DNA from: Octopus bimaculoides
Lineage: Eukaryota
DNA: 64,000 nt
Assembly (NCBI RefSeq): GCF_001194135.2
Contig: NC_068991.1
Coordinates: 26,839,647-26,903,646 of the forward strand
Direction of reading: 5' to 3'
Part shown: piece after piece, positions 39,189 through 51,000 of the stretch
How positions within the stretch are numbered: the first letter of the stretch is position 1
How the letters are laid out: the number at the start of each line of letters is the position of its first letter
Position numbers and translations under genes: made by a program
Notes under the pieces: model-generated
The model's database searches: none
The model's input: the letters and a program-made list of their open reading frames with translations, nothing else
Told to the model about the DNA's origin: nothing

Positions 39189-41032
39189 TAAGGTTTTTAA
39201 ACTTTTANNNNNNNNNNNNNNNNNNNNNNNNNNNNNNNNNNNNNNNNNNNNNNNNNNNNNNNNNNNNNNNNNNNNNNNNNNNNNNNNNNNNNNNNNNNNN
39301 NNNNNNNNNNNNNNNNNNNNNNNNNNNNNNNNNNNNNNNNNNNNNNNNNNNNNNNNNNNNNNNNNNNNNNNNNNNNNNNNNNNNNNNNNNNNNNNNNNNN
39401 NNNNNNNNNNNNNNNNNNNNNNNNNNNNNNNNNNNNNNNNNNNNNNNNNNNNNNNNNNNNNNNNNNNNNNNNNNNNNNNNNNNNNNNNNNNNNNNNNNNN
39501 NNNNNNNNNNNNNNNNNNNNNNNNNNNNNNNNNNNNNNNNNNNNNNNNNNNNNNNNNNNNNNNNNNNNNNNNNNNNNNNNNNNNNNNNNNNNNNNNNNNN
39601 NNNNNNNNNNNNNNNNNNNNNNNNNNNNNNNNNNNNNNNNNNNNNNNNNNNNNNNNNNNNNNNNNNNNNNNNNNNNNNNNNNNNNNNNNNNNNNNNNNNN
39701 NNNNNNNNNNNNNNNNNNNNNNNNNNNNNNNNNNNNNNNNNNNNNNNNNNNNNNNNNNNNNNNNNNNNNNNNNNNNNNNNNNNNNNNNNNNNNNNNNNNN
39801 NNNNNNNNNNNNNNNNNNNNNNNNNNNNNNNNNNNNNNNNNNNNNNNNNNNNNNNNNNNNNNNNNNNNNNNNNNNNNNNNNNNNNNNNNNNNNNNNNNNN
39901 NNNNNNNNNNNNNNNNNNNNNNNNNNNNNNNNNNNNNNNNNNNNNNNNNNNNNNNNNNNNNNNNNNNNNNNNNNNNNNNNNNNNNNNNNNNNNNNNNNNN
40001 NNNNNNNNNNNNNNNNNNNNNNNNNNNNNNNNNNNNNNNNNNNNNNNNNNNNNNNNNNNNNNNNNNNNNNNNNNNNNNNNNNNNNNNNNNNNNNNNNNNN
40101 NNNNNNNNNNNNNNNNNNNNNNNNNNNNNNNNNNNNNNNNNNNNNNNNNNNNNNNNNNNNNNNNNATACATATACGTTTGTACGTATACATATTCGTGCT
40201 TATGGAGCTACATCCCGAAGCTTACAGCACTATGACGGCCTTCTACTATATAAGGCAGAAACGTCTACTATATATACATTCACCGTCATTCATCGATTCA
40301 CATTTCCATATATTATTAGATCTGCACAGATCTTTGTTACTGCATATTTACACGGAAATGCTGAGGAAAGCTGTGGTTTTCCAAGGAAAAGCAAAGTCAC
40401 TAAATCGAATCTGTTTAGAGAACGGATAATGTTATAAAACAGTAAAACATTCCGAAAAGCCTGTATTTGAATTTCTTGGAAACAGCATTTACAAACAATC
40501 GCATATTTGCATACAACATACACAGAAAAGTGTCTCGTTCAAAGGCACAGTATACATAAAGACGACATTACAATCCCGACCCTTAATGGGACTGAAAATA
40601 TATAGAACACTACAGAAGTCTTGGCCTGCGATATATGCATTTACAAATGTATAGATATACAAAACGTATGTATATGTACTCATATACAAGTAAAATCACA
40701 AAGCTTACTCATAAAATTAAACGCACATACATACATATGCATACGAATACAAATAGAATCAAAACTGCATATATACGTAAGACCGAGCTGAGTTTCTATA
40801 AATTACAATAAAAGTGCTGTGTCTTCAAAACTAGGTGGGTGTCTAATGGAGAGAAATTTAAAAACATAAATAGAGAGTACTTAAAATGGCATTCAGATAC
40901 ATACCACCCATAAAATGAATCTATGCAAGTGCATATTTGCATACACGAGAATATCGCTGCATAAATGTATATAAACATCAATTGTGGTATTGGCATAGTG
41001 TTGAGTAGTGAACCGGCTCTTCTCGTATTGAC

Positions 41033-41075
<43 letters not shown>

Positions 41076-42917
41076 CCGTGCGTGTGCTCGCGCGCGCGAA
41101 CATTTGGATATATACACAATAAATAACAGACAATATTGATCCTTTAGACAGTGTTGTTACTCCATTGAAATATGACTTGGAATTATTGTTCATGAAATAT
41201 TATGAAGATGCTATAGGAAGCAACTGAACACTCATCGAGGTTATAGCAAAGACACACTTGGAAATATTGCATTGACCTTATGGACATTCACACATGCAGC
41301 CACACATGCGCATGGATAAACTCGCATGAGGAAAAGCAGGGAGTGGACGAAGAAACCGGTGATGATAATGATGATGATCATCATCATCATCATCATCATC
41401 ATCATGAAGTAGAGGAGGAGGAGGAGGAGGAGGAGGAGGAAGTTGATAACTATTAGTAACGGAGGACTCACGTGATTGTTTTATGAAATGGGCAATCTGC
41501 ACATTCAGTTAGCTCGCACAGTTGCTGCTTATCTCCGATACAAGTGTATATACACTCTCCGATAGATATATTCTTATATGTTGTCTATGTATTTAGTGAA
41601 ACGAATATGGTACATATCTTTGCGGCCTCTGTATAGTTATTTACAGCAACATTCTCTCCTAGTCACAGAGTTATATCTCAGGGAATCTAGCTGTAGCTAA
41701 AGACTACGTGAGTAAACATTATTATTTTCGAATGTAAGGGGTTAAGTCAATTCAATTAACAGGAATAAAGATGCATAATTCGTATTCAAAAGAAACAAAA
41801 ACTAAAACCCAGAAACAACTTCGAGATGGCTTATAAAAATGAATCAGTTTCAGAAAGTTTTATATCTACAAATAAAAAGACAACAGTTAACCAGATACGC
41901 TAACGTTTCGATACAAACGATTTTGATTTTAAGTTGACTGTATTGCCTGAGAACCTTTGCTTTGATTTTAGTAAGCAATAGTTTACAAAATATAATAGAA
42001 ACTAAAATAGATTAATGGATTGAATGTAGAATGTTTCAGGTAAGTTTGACGTGTTAAATATAAACTGATAAAATACCGACGTTATTTCATTGCAGTTGAA
42101 TATAAAGAAAAATGGTATCTTGTTAGGTAGGAACGTGACCAGTGCTGTTGTATACCGATTAATTCATAAGATGATTATTTATCATTAAATTTTTTCTCCC
42201 ACAAATGTAAAGACATTTATTAATACATTGGTTCACGAGAATTATTTCGTTTTGTTCTTTGTAATTAAAATGTGGCGCCCCCGCATTTTAGTATATTATC
42301 ATTATGCACATTCAAAGTTAAGTTGACATTACAGTTCTATATTTAAATTGACATGGTTATGTCTGAAGTAGGGTGAAATGGTAGTGAATCGTTGACTAGA
42401 TCGATCGGTCTCAGTAATGTTTGCGCTCAAGTGTAAATGACCCCACTCTCTACACATATGTGCGATTTTTTACAATACTATTTCCTCATATAGTTTACAA
42501 ATGTTTAAAAATCTTGCTTAATTCTAAACTAAGTGGCCCCGGAATGTCCATGAGATATAAAACTATCTATAGCAATGTAACTGTTTAACATCTTTAAGAT
42601 GATTCAACACATTACGCTATACAAAATGAGTCGCCGTTTCTCTATGTCGCTGTCTTTTTCACTCTATCCATTTATCTTCCTTTCGATTCTTTCTCTAACT
42701 TTGGCACAAATATACACACACACAAACCTATACATGCAAGCCTTCAATGATGACGATAACACTAGAGCTTCGTAGCGTCTTTTTGCGTAGCGCCAATTAA
42801 ACATCACAATAACAATAATTCAACATAGACATCCCTTCCCCAGCATCTCCATGGGAAATAATTAAGATTTCTACACCAAACAGTGTCATTCAATCTCATA
42901 TCTCTCGCTCTATCTCG

Positions 42918-43051
42918 TTTTTAAAGTCCGTAAGAACGCAATCTCACTTGATAATATGAATAGCAATAAGAAAATTAGTTTTGCATTACGGAACTTCTCG
43001 TTACGGACAGATTTTCCGGAACACATTACTTCTGTAGAGCTATCCTCTCTT

Positions 43052-43104
<53 letters not shown>

Positions 43105-43125
43105 NNNNNNNNNNNNNNNNNNNNN

Positions 43126-43182
<57 letters not shown>

Positions 43183-43185
43183 TAG

Positions 43186-43284
<99 letters not shown>

Positions 43285-43530
43285 TGGTTGTATGTATGTA
43301 TATGCGTGTTGCATCTATGAGACGTTTATGTATATATATTGTATTTATTTAAATAACTTTTCTTTTTATGCACCTAGAATATGAATTAAAATACAGAACT
43401 CCGTCGCTATATAGAACTAATGCGTTCCTGAAAATCCGGCCGTGACTCGTAATTACTTAATGCGAAATTAATTTTCGTATTGCTTTTCGTATTATCAAGT
43501 GAGATTGCGTTCTTACGGCCTTTTTCGAAA
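42918..43530. repeat. Inverted pair of pogo/Tigger-like MITE ends around a (CT)/(GA)/(GATA) microsatellite
   Basis: 42918-43045 is the reverse complement of 43393-43530, including an identical 29-nt core tattatcaagtgagattgcgttcttacgg. Confidence 0.7.
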
Positions 43531-43989
43531 AAATGGCACAAGTAAACAACGAAGAACAAGTAACACTTTCACCTTTATACATGGACATAACTTTCTAAAC
43601 ATACACAGTGCAATATAGATGCATGAAAACGAAGACACGTTTCAAGAGTAATAATTTAGAAGGTTACTAAGATTCGTAATATCGTATGAGTACGTTCTTA
43701 CCACAAAAGATGCTGATTACTGTGTGAAGAGTGGTGGTGTTGGTTGAGTGAGTGTTACTAAGAGGTTGAGAGACGATATTCACTAACTCATAGTTTAATA
43801 TATCGAATATTAACTTGAGGGGTGAAGAACTTATCCATAGTCATACCGTTGTACAGCTTAATATAGGATTCAGCTCACTGTAAATTCCTGTTGTAATTTG
43901 CCTGTACTCTTCTGAGACCGGGTCGACAATATCGTCGCCACATCAAGGCTTTAGAAAGATTCCATCATACTTACATAAGGATGATACTA

Positions 43990-44470
43990 GACATGAAATG
44001 GAAGTCTTTAACACCATAAACCGCTGTTGTTCAGCAAGCTAACACATCCAGTATTGAAATGATCCTCATACGCAATCAAGATGCGATGGGTTGGGTATCT
44101 TGCTAGGATGCAAGATGACGAGTTGCCAAAGTAGTTGTTTTACAGGAAGTTGCAGAGTGACAAAAATCCGAGATATAAATCTAAGAAACGTTTTAGGGAT
44201 ACTGCCAAAAACACCCTTAAGGCTCTTAATATGAAAGTTGAAGACTGGGAGCAGATGACACAAGATCGAACGGTTTGGAAAGAGATGATCTACAATAGAG
44301 GTAAAGAATTTGAAGCTCGAAGAATCTATCTTGAAACGAGCACTTCATAGACAGGAATTAACTACAAACCCAGATACTTTTCTGCTTAAAAGTACTTGTA
44401 AAATCTGCAGCAGAGCTTGTTTGTCAAGAGCAGAACTTGCTAGTCATATAAGATCTCATGCCGGTATTTA
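43990..44470 (+). mobile_element. RTE-clade LINE 3' end
   Basis: RWVGYLARMQDDELPK..FYRKL...KKRFRDTAKNTLKALNMKVEDWEQMTQDRTVWK...TCKICSRACLSRAELASHIRSH. Confidence 0.9.
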
Positions 44471-45923
44471 TTAATTGAAACGATGCTCTTCTTCTGTAAA
44501 AAAGTGGCAATCATATATATATATACTCCCTTTATTTACATTATATATACATGAGTATATGGGTGTGAATGCATTCTTTATTCGCTTACTAGTTTCAGCC
44601 AGAAGCTGAGGCTATCATTAAGCNNNNNNNNNNTATATATATAATAAAGTAAAGTTGTGGAATACCGTACGAGTGGAAATATATATGAAAGAAGGTTTGA
44701 AAATGCACTTTTAAAATAAGTGCATTTTCAAGCCTTCTTTCATATATATATATACTCCCTTTATTTACATTATATATACATGAGTATATGGGTGTGAATG
44801 CATTCTTTATTCGCTTACTAGTTTCAGCCAGAAGCTGAGGCTATCATTAAGCACTGCCTGTGTGTAAGGTGATGATAATTTTTTTCATGTCGTTAACTAT
44901 ATTACTTAATCTTAATTAAAACGCAAGTAGCCATAGGGCTAAGAAGAAAGTGTAGTTTTAAATTGTCAGCAAACCAAAACTACGCAATGCGAGTTTCTAT
45001 AAGAGCGAATTTACAGACCATATCCCGAAATTTGTGACCATACGTTACAATTTCTATAATTGAAATATCTCGTAGTCGAAATGCGTAGGATGCCTTTATA
45101 TCTACGCTCTTATAAGAATTCTTCCAATTTCCCGTATTTTACAGTAATATAGGGCAAATGCTTACAGTCTATTACCATATGGATACTTTCTATAAAACTT
45201 AGCGATATTCTTTTCTGCAATGTTTTTTAGATTTGATAATTATTTGAAAGAATCAAATGAAATAGGAGCATTTTATTAGCAGCGAAGAATGCAAGAAGCG
45301 ATAGTTGAGATTATCTGTCAGTAGGGTACTTTTCATTTTACGAAGTCTATATCGACATCCTGTTTTGCACAGGATAAAAACGGGAAAAGTAAAAGAAAAA
45401 AACGAGATTGGCAATGAGGGGTTTTGTCACATTTCTTAGAAATGTCGTTACGTTTTCATGCTTGGATGGTCTTTATTCGACCGAATATTCTATAAAAGTT
45501 AACATGAGAAAACTGAAGAGGTATCTAGATTGGTGTGTATTGCCAAAAGTAAAACCATGATAAACAGTTTCAATGTTCCTACATATATGTTGAGATACAT
45601 ATGTCTCTGTCTTCTTTCTTATTTCCCGATTTGTTTCCTGACCATACACACAATTGCATGTGTGTATGTTTGTGTTATAGCTATACACACGCAGATACCG
45701 CTACACCAATATGCACACACCATATTGGAAATTGTCGATTCGCCTCTTTCCCAATATGCACACATGATATTTGTATCAGTTTATTTCTTTCACTCATTCT
45801 ACACCCACCCANNNNNNNNNNNNNNNNNNNNNNNNNNNNNNNNNNNNNNNNNNNNNNNNNNNNNNNNNNNNNNNNNNNNNNNNNNNNNNNNNNNNNNNNN
45901 NNNNNNNNNNNNNNNNNNNNNNN

Positions 45924-46325
45924 AAATCACCATGCCAATCACATACTCTCCTTCCGACAAAAGGACAAAAGGAAAGCTACTAGGTTAGCAAACCACGTAT
46001 GGAGTTTGAAATCTAGTGCAACACCACATATAATTAAGTGAAAAATAATCGAAAAATCTGTACCTTATGTTAATAGATCAAATAAATGTAAGCTATGTTT
46101 AGCTGAAAGAGTACAGATAGTTTTCAGGTCAAAGATCCCTAACTCACTACTGAACTCTAGGTCTGAAATACGTAAACATATCTCGAAGTAAATTTTGAAG
46201 AATTGGAAATTTCCGCCTATACCCGATTAACTTGTTGATATCTTTCCAGCCCTATTATTTACTTTTTCTTTATCCGTTGTTTTTTTAATCTTCCACGTTT
46301 TCTACGTTCTTTCTTCTCGAAATTA
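45924..46325 (+). mobile_element. Penelope-like element GIY-YIG endonuclease remnant, abutting a maT insertion
   Basis: NHILSFRQKDKRKATRLANHVWSLK...IK*KIIEKSVPYVNRSNKCKLCLAE; paralogous to 9931-10155. Confidence 0.85.
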
Positions 46326-46327
46326 TA

Positions 46328-47275
46328 TACAGGGTGCGGTAAATATATTGTCGTCTAAATTACGTAAAAATTAAAATAACACCGACTTCTCATTTTAACA
46401 GATATATTTACCAAAATTTCATTAAACTATCTTGAAACACTAAAGAGTAAATTTCCTCAATAAAATCACCATTGGCTTCAACAACGGCCTCCAGAAGACT
46501 TCGGAATCTCCTGCAACTCTTCCAGATATTTTCCTTGTTTAATTTGGTGAATGTTGCCATAATGCTTGCCTTCAGTTCATCTTTGGTGTTACAAGGAGTT
46601 TTCTTGGTTTCTCAATCAACTGCACCCAACACATAATAATCAACAGGCTTGCAGTCTGAGGAGTTAGGTGGCCAAATATTAGGGGTGATGTAGTCGCTGC
46701 AAATTATCTGACAGCCATGACTGGGTTCCCCCGCTTGTGTGGCATGGTTCAAAGTCCTGTTTCCAGACACAGGGTCTTCCATCAGCCACCCTCCTGACAC
46801 AGGGCAGCACAACCTCTTCCAGGCACTTGATGTAGTTCTGGTCCCCGTGTTGAGTTTGAGGCTGTATGCGAAGATGAATGAAGACATAATATCGCCATTA
46901 CTAGTAAGCACTCCAAATACCATGATGTTGACTGGAAATTTGATTTTTATCACTCTCGGTACCTCTTTTAGGGGCACGTCAAGCCAATGTTTGTTCTGTG
47001 TTCACCATCTGTTCGTATTGGAGCTTCCGGTGGGAATGCCAAGTGGTATAGTTTATCATTTCCAAGTTTCTGACAGTGTGAATTTCGTCATGGTACTGTT
47101 TTTCTCACAGACGGTGCCCAAATGTGGTCGACAAAGTCAAAGACAAACAATGCGCACACGCGAAATTGAAAATATAAAATGGCGACAATTTACCAATAAT
47201 ACACTTTGCTCTGTTAACTGTCAGGAAGTTATTTTTTCACAGATCTAACGTCATACTTAAATCTGGTTGTACCCT
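46328..47275 (-). mobile_element. Internally deleted maT/DD37D-like transposon
   Basis: KFPVNIMVFGVLTSNGDIM...ITPNIWPPNSSDCKPVDYYVLGAV; TA-CAGGGTGCGG terminus. Confidence 0.9.
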
Positions 47276-47469
47276 TTGGAATTGTAATACATTCTACGGA
47301 CTTCTAAACTACTCCTGTCTACCTAGTTTGCACATAAATACATATGAAATATAGGCTTTTCGGGCTATATTCGATAATTTGCATTAACAAAATACACAAT
47401 ATCTCATCCAAAGATAAAAGTATTTAAAAATCAAAAACTATCAACTGGATTATGGTTGGGAAACAACAG

Positions 47470-48065
47470 TTTACTCAACGTAGTTGCCCTCATCGTCCAT
47501 CAATACAGCTCCGGATTTTGGCGCCTGCATTCCACACTGTATCCCTGTGAAGATATTCAAACCCCTCCTTGACCTTGGCCGCCAGGTCGACCTTGGTGTT
47601 TCAGGCAGAGCAGTTGGTATTCTTCTCAACCGCGCCCCACACATAGTAACCCTTGGAATTAAAACCCGTGGAATTAGAAGGCTAGAAACAGGGGCTGGTG
47701 AATTCGTGGAAATTCTCCGATAACCACATCTAACTATTTCCAGATTTATGGCAAGGAGCTGAATCCTACCGCTAAGCTTCTAGCAGCAATCATCACCAAA
47801 CAAGGTTTCATCAGTCTCCAGCAGCTTTCATAACTGTCTGAATTGTGCTTCTGACTCGGTTTAAAGATGTGGGGTGGCATGATGCTACCGTCACTTGGGA
47901 AACAGCCAAAGACCATCACGGTCTGGAGGAACTTGGGTTTCATGATGTCTGTGTCATTTATACAGCCTTTACAGAAGTCACAAAGCGCTGAACAGCAGTC
48001 ATAATGAGGGCATTTTGATACGCAACGCACATCATCTAGATAAAAATAACTGTTTCCCAATATTT
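47470..48065 (-). mobile_element. maT/DD37D-like transposase fragment
   Basis: MKPKFLQTVMVFGCFPSDGSIMPPHIFK. Confidence 0.8.
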
Positions 48066-49334
48066 AAATGGCTTCTTGGCCTCCATGTCAGCTAACGTTT
48101 TCTCGTCTACATATTTAATCGTTATGCTCACACCACCATTGACTGGTTACCAATACATGAAGCTGCTCATGAATAAAAGGAGACGTTCAAGTCGTCACAT
48201 TTTTCCAGAACGCTCTATGTATGTGTGCTGAAGTGTAGTGACCTGTCATTGGCTTTCTCTTTTTCTGCTCATTTGTCGTACACATACGCACACAGACACA
48301 CACATACCCACATTCTTTCACTCTCTTTCTCTCTCTCTCTCTCTCGCTCACACACACACGTACTCTCACACATATGTATTTATATTCATACATACATTCG
48401 CTTACACAAACGCACACGTAGATAAAAACAGTGTAAGTAGACAAAAAATGAAACTAATAGATAGAATCAGGNNNNNNNNNNNNNNNNNNNNNNNNNNNNN
48501 NNNNNNNNNNNNNNNNNNNNNNNNNNNNNNNNNNNNNNNNNNNNNNNNNNNNNNNNNNNNNNNNNNNNNNNNNNNNNNNNNNNNNNNNNNNNNNNNNNNN
48601 NNNNNNNNNNNNNNNNNNNNNNNNNNNNNNNNNNNNNNNNNNNNNNNNNNNNNNNNNNNNNNNNNNNNNNNNNNNNNNNNNNNNNNNNNNNNNNNNNNNN
48701 NNNNNNNNNNNNNNNNNNNNNNNNNNNNNNNNNNNNNNNNNNNNNNNNNNNNNNNNNNNNNNNNNNNNNNNNNNNNNNNNNNNNNNNNNNNNNNNNNNNN
48801 NNNNNNNNNNNNNNNNNNNNNNNNNNNNNNNNNNNNNNNNNNNNNNNNNNNNNNNNNNNNNNNNNNNNNNNNNNNNNNNNNNNNNNNNNNNNNNNNNNNN
48901 NNNNNNNNNNNNNNNNNNNNNNNNNNNNNNNNNNNNNNNNNNNNNNNNNNNNNNNNNNNNNNNNNNNNNNNNNNNNNNNNNNNNNNNNNNNNNNNNNNNN
49001 NNNNNNNNNNNNNNNNNNNNNNNNNNNNNNNNNNNNNNNNNNNNNNNNNNNNNNNNNNNNNNNNNNNNNNNNNNNNNNNNNNNNNNNNNNNNNNNNNNNN
49101 NNNNNNNNNNNNNNNNNNNNNNNNNNNNNNNNNNNNNNNNNNNNNNNNNNNNNNNNNNNNNNNNNNNNNNNNNNNNNNNNNNNNNNNNNNNNNNNNNNNN
49201 NNNNNNNNNNNNNNNNNNNNNNNNNNNNNNNNNNNNNNNNNNNNNNNNNNNNNNNNNNNNNNNNNNNNNNNNNNNNNNNNNNNNNNNNNNNNNNNNNNNN
49301 NNNNNNNNNNNNNNNNNNNNNNNNNNNNNNNNNN

Positions 49335-49470
49335 GCGTCTACCAAATCGACTCACAAGACTTTGGTCGGTCCGAGGCTATAGTAGAAGACACTTGCCCAA
49401 GTGCCCAAGGTGCGACGCTGTGGGAATGAACCCGGAACCATGTGGTTGGTAAGGAAGCTATTTACCACAC
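49335..49470 (-). mobile_element. tRNA-derived SINE (family B) 5' part
   Basis: Minus strand gtgtggtaa...caaccacatggttccgggttca (A/B-box-like), then gcaccttgggca...gtgtcttctactatagcc. Confidence 0.8.
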
Positions 49471-49547
49471 CTTTTCCCTTTGGGTTTTATCATTGGGTGC
49501 CCTATTATTTTAATATATATTTATATTCGACTTTTAATAATTTGGGA

Positions 49548-50148
49548 ATGATATAAAGTAGTTTTGACCATTTGGAGTCTTTATTCATTATACCTTTCAA
49601 AATATATGTGTGTGTGTGTGTATATACATATATATATATATACATACACATACGGTGAATAAGAAAGTGGAAAGGATATAAAGTTAACAGACACCAGCTG
49701 GTAAACATTCCAGTATGTCTATTTATTCAAATGTATTGGATGAATCCACACACATGTATTAGTGGTACAGATTATCAAGTAGAAAAAGTTGGTAATTGCA
49801 TAAACCAGGTTGTAGAAGCATATAAGTATATAGAAACAAGTGACCAATTGAGCAAATGAGCAAAGGTATATAAATGGGCAAATGAGCAAATGTGCAGATT
49901 GTCACTAAAACCGAATCGGTATGCGGGTCCTAGTTCCTGGTGTTTGTCGATTTTATATCCTCTCCCCTTCATTATTTGCCGTATAAATCAAGGGTAAACT
50001 ACTTTTTACCCCCGCCCATATAGGATACTCAATTGAGACGTTGCCATGCAATAACTAGCACTTGAGTATGAATAATTGGGCACTCTACCAGCAGTATATT
50101 AGATAGGTACTATCCCTTAGTTGGTTTCTCAACCTCTAACTCACACAG

Positions 50149-50185
<37 letters not shown>

Positions 50186-51000
50186 GTATATATGTATGTA
50201 TGTATGTATGTATATATATAGTGAAAGGTATAATGAATAAAAACTCCAATCGGTCAAAACAACTTTGTATCATAGATATGAATTAAAAAAGGGTGGCTTA
50301 TTAGCAATTAGAACCTAAAGGTAAAATTAATAGAAGTTACAAAAGTGAGAGATGAGAGTCAGCAGCTCCGCTTTTGCTAAAAAGGACAGTCAAACAACAC
50401 AAAAGGTATAAAAGTACTGTCTTAATGACTAACAAAGGGAGATAAGTCCCCAGCGTAAATAGTCGGATCACGATTTCGGATTTTGATGTAGGCCAACTTA
50501 ATCTACATCAGCGACTCTCAACGCTTAGTGTTAAACTCAGTTACCTCTGTGAGTCTTATAAGAAAAACCGTAGAAAATATGTAGTGATTTTTAAAACGGT
50601 AAAAGTGTAAACAGCAAATTAAAAAGGTTGTCTTATTTGCAATTAGAGCCAAAGAGAAAAACTTAATAGAGGTCACAAAAGTGACGGAGGGTACTGACTA
50701 GTACCGCTATTTCTAAAAAATAAGCGTTAAATAACTCAAAAGACACCCATTTTAATTTGTTGTTTACACGTTAACCGTTTTGAAACTCAGCACATGTTTT
50801 GAACGGTTTTTTCTTATTAGACTGACAGATGTAATTGAGTTTAACTCTAGACATTAAAATCCGAAATCGCGATCTGACTATATACGCTGGAGACGTACCT
50901 TCCTTTATCCGACATTTAGACAGTGCTTTAGTGACTTTTGAATTGTTTTAACACATATCTTTAGCAAAAGTGGTGCTAGTCAGTATCCTCTGTGATTTCT
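49548..51000. repeat. Composite inverted/direct repeat cluster (52-bp IR pair plus about 670-bp imperfect palindrome)
   Basis: 49548-49599 vs 50222-50273 inverted. About 50335-50625 vs about 50750-51000 inverted. About 50285-50405 vs about 50620-50745 direct. Confidence 0.8.

Noticed and set aside
44511-44852. 113-bp identical direct repeat (44511-44623 = 44740-44852)
   Set aside because: The first copy ends exactly at a 10-N gap, which points to an unmerged contig overlap.
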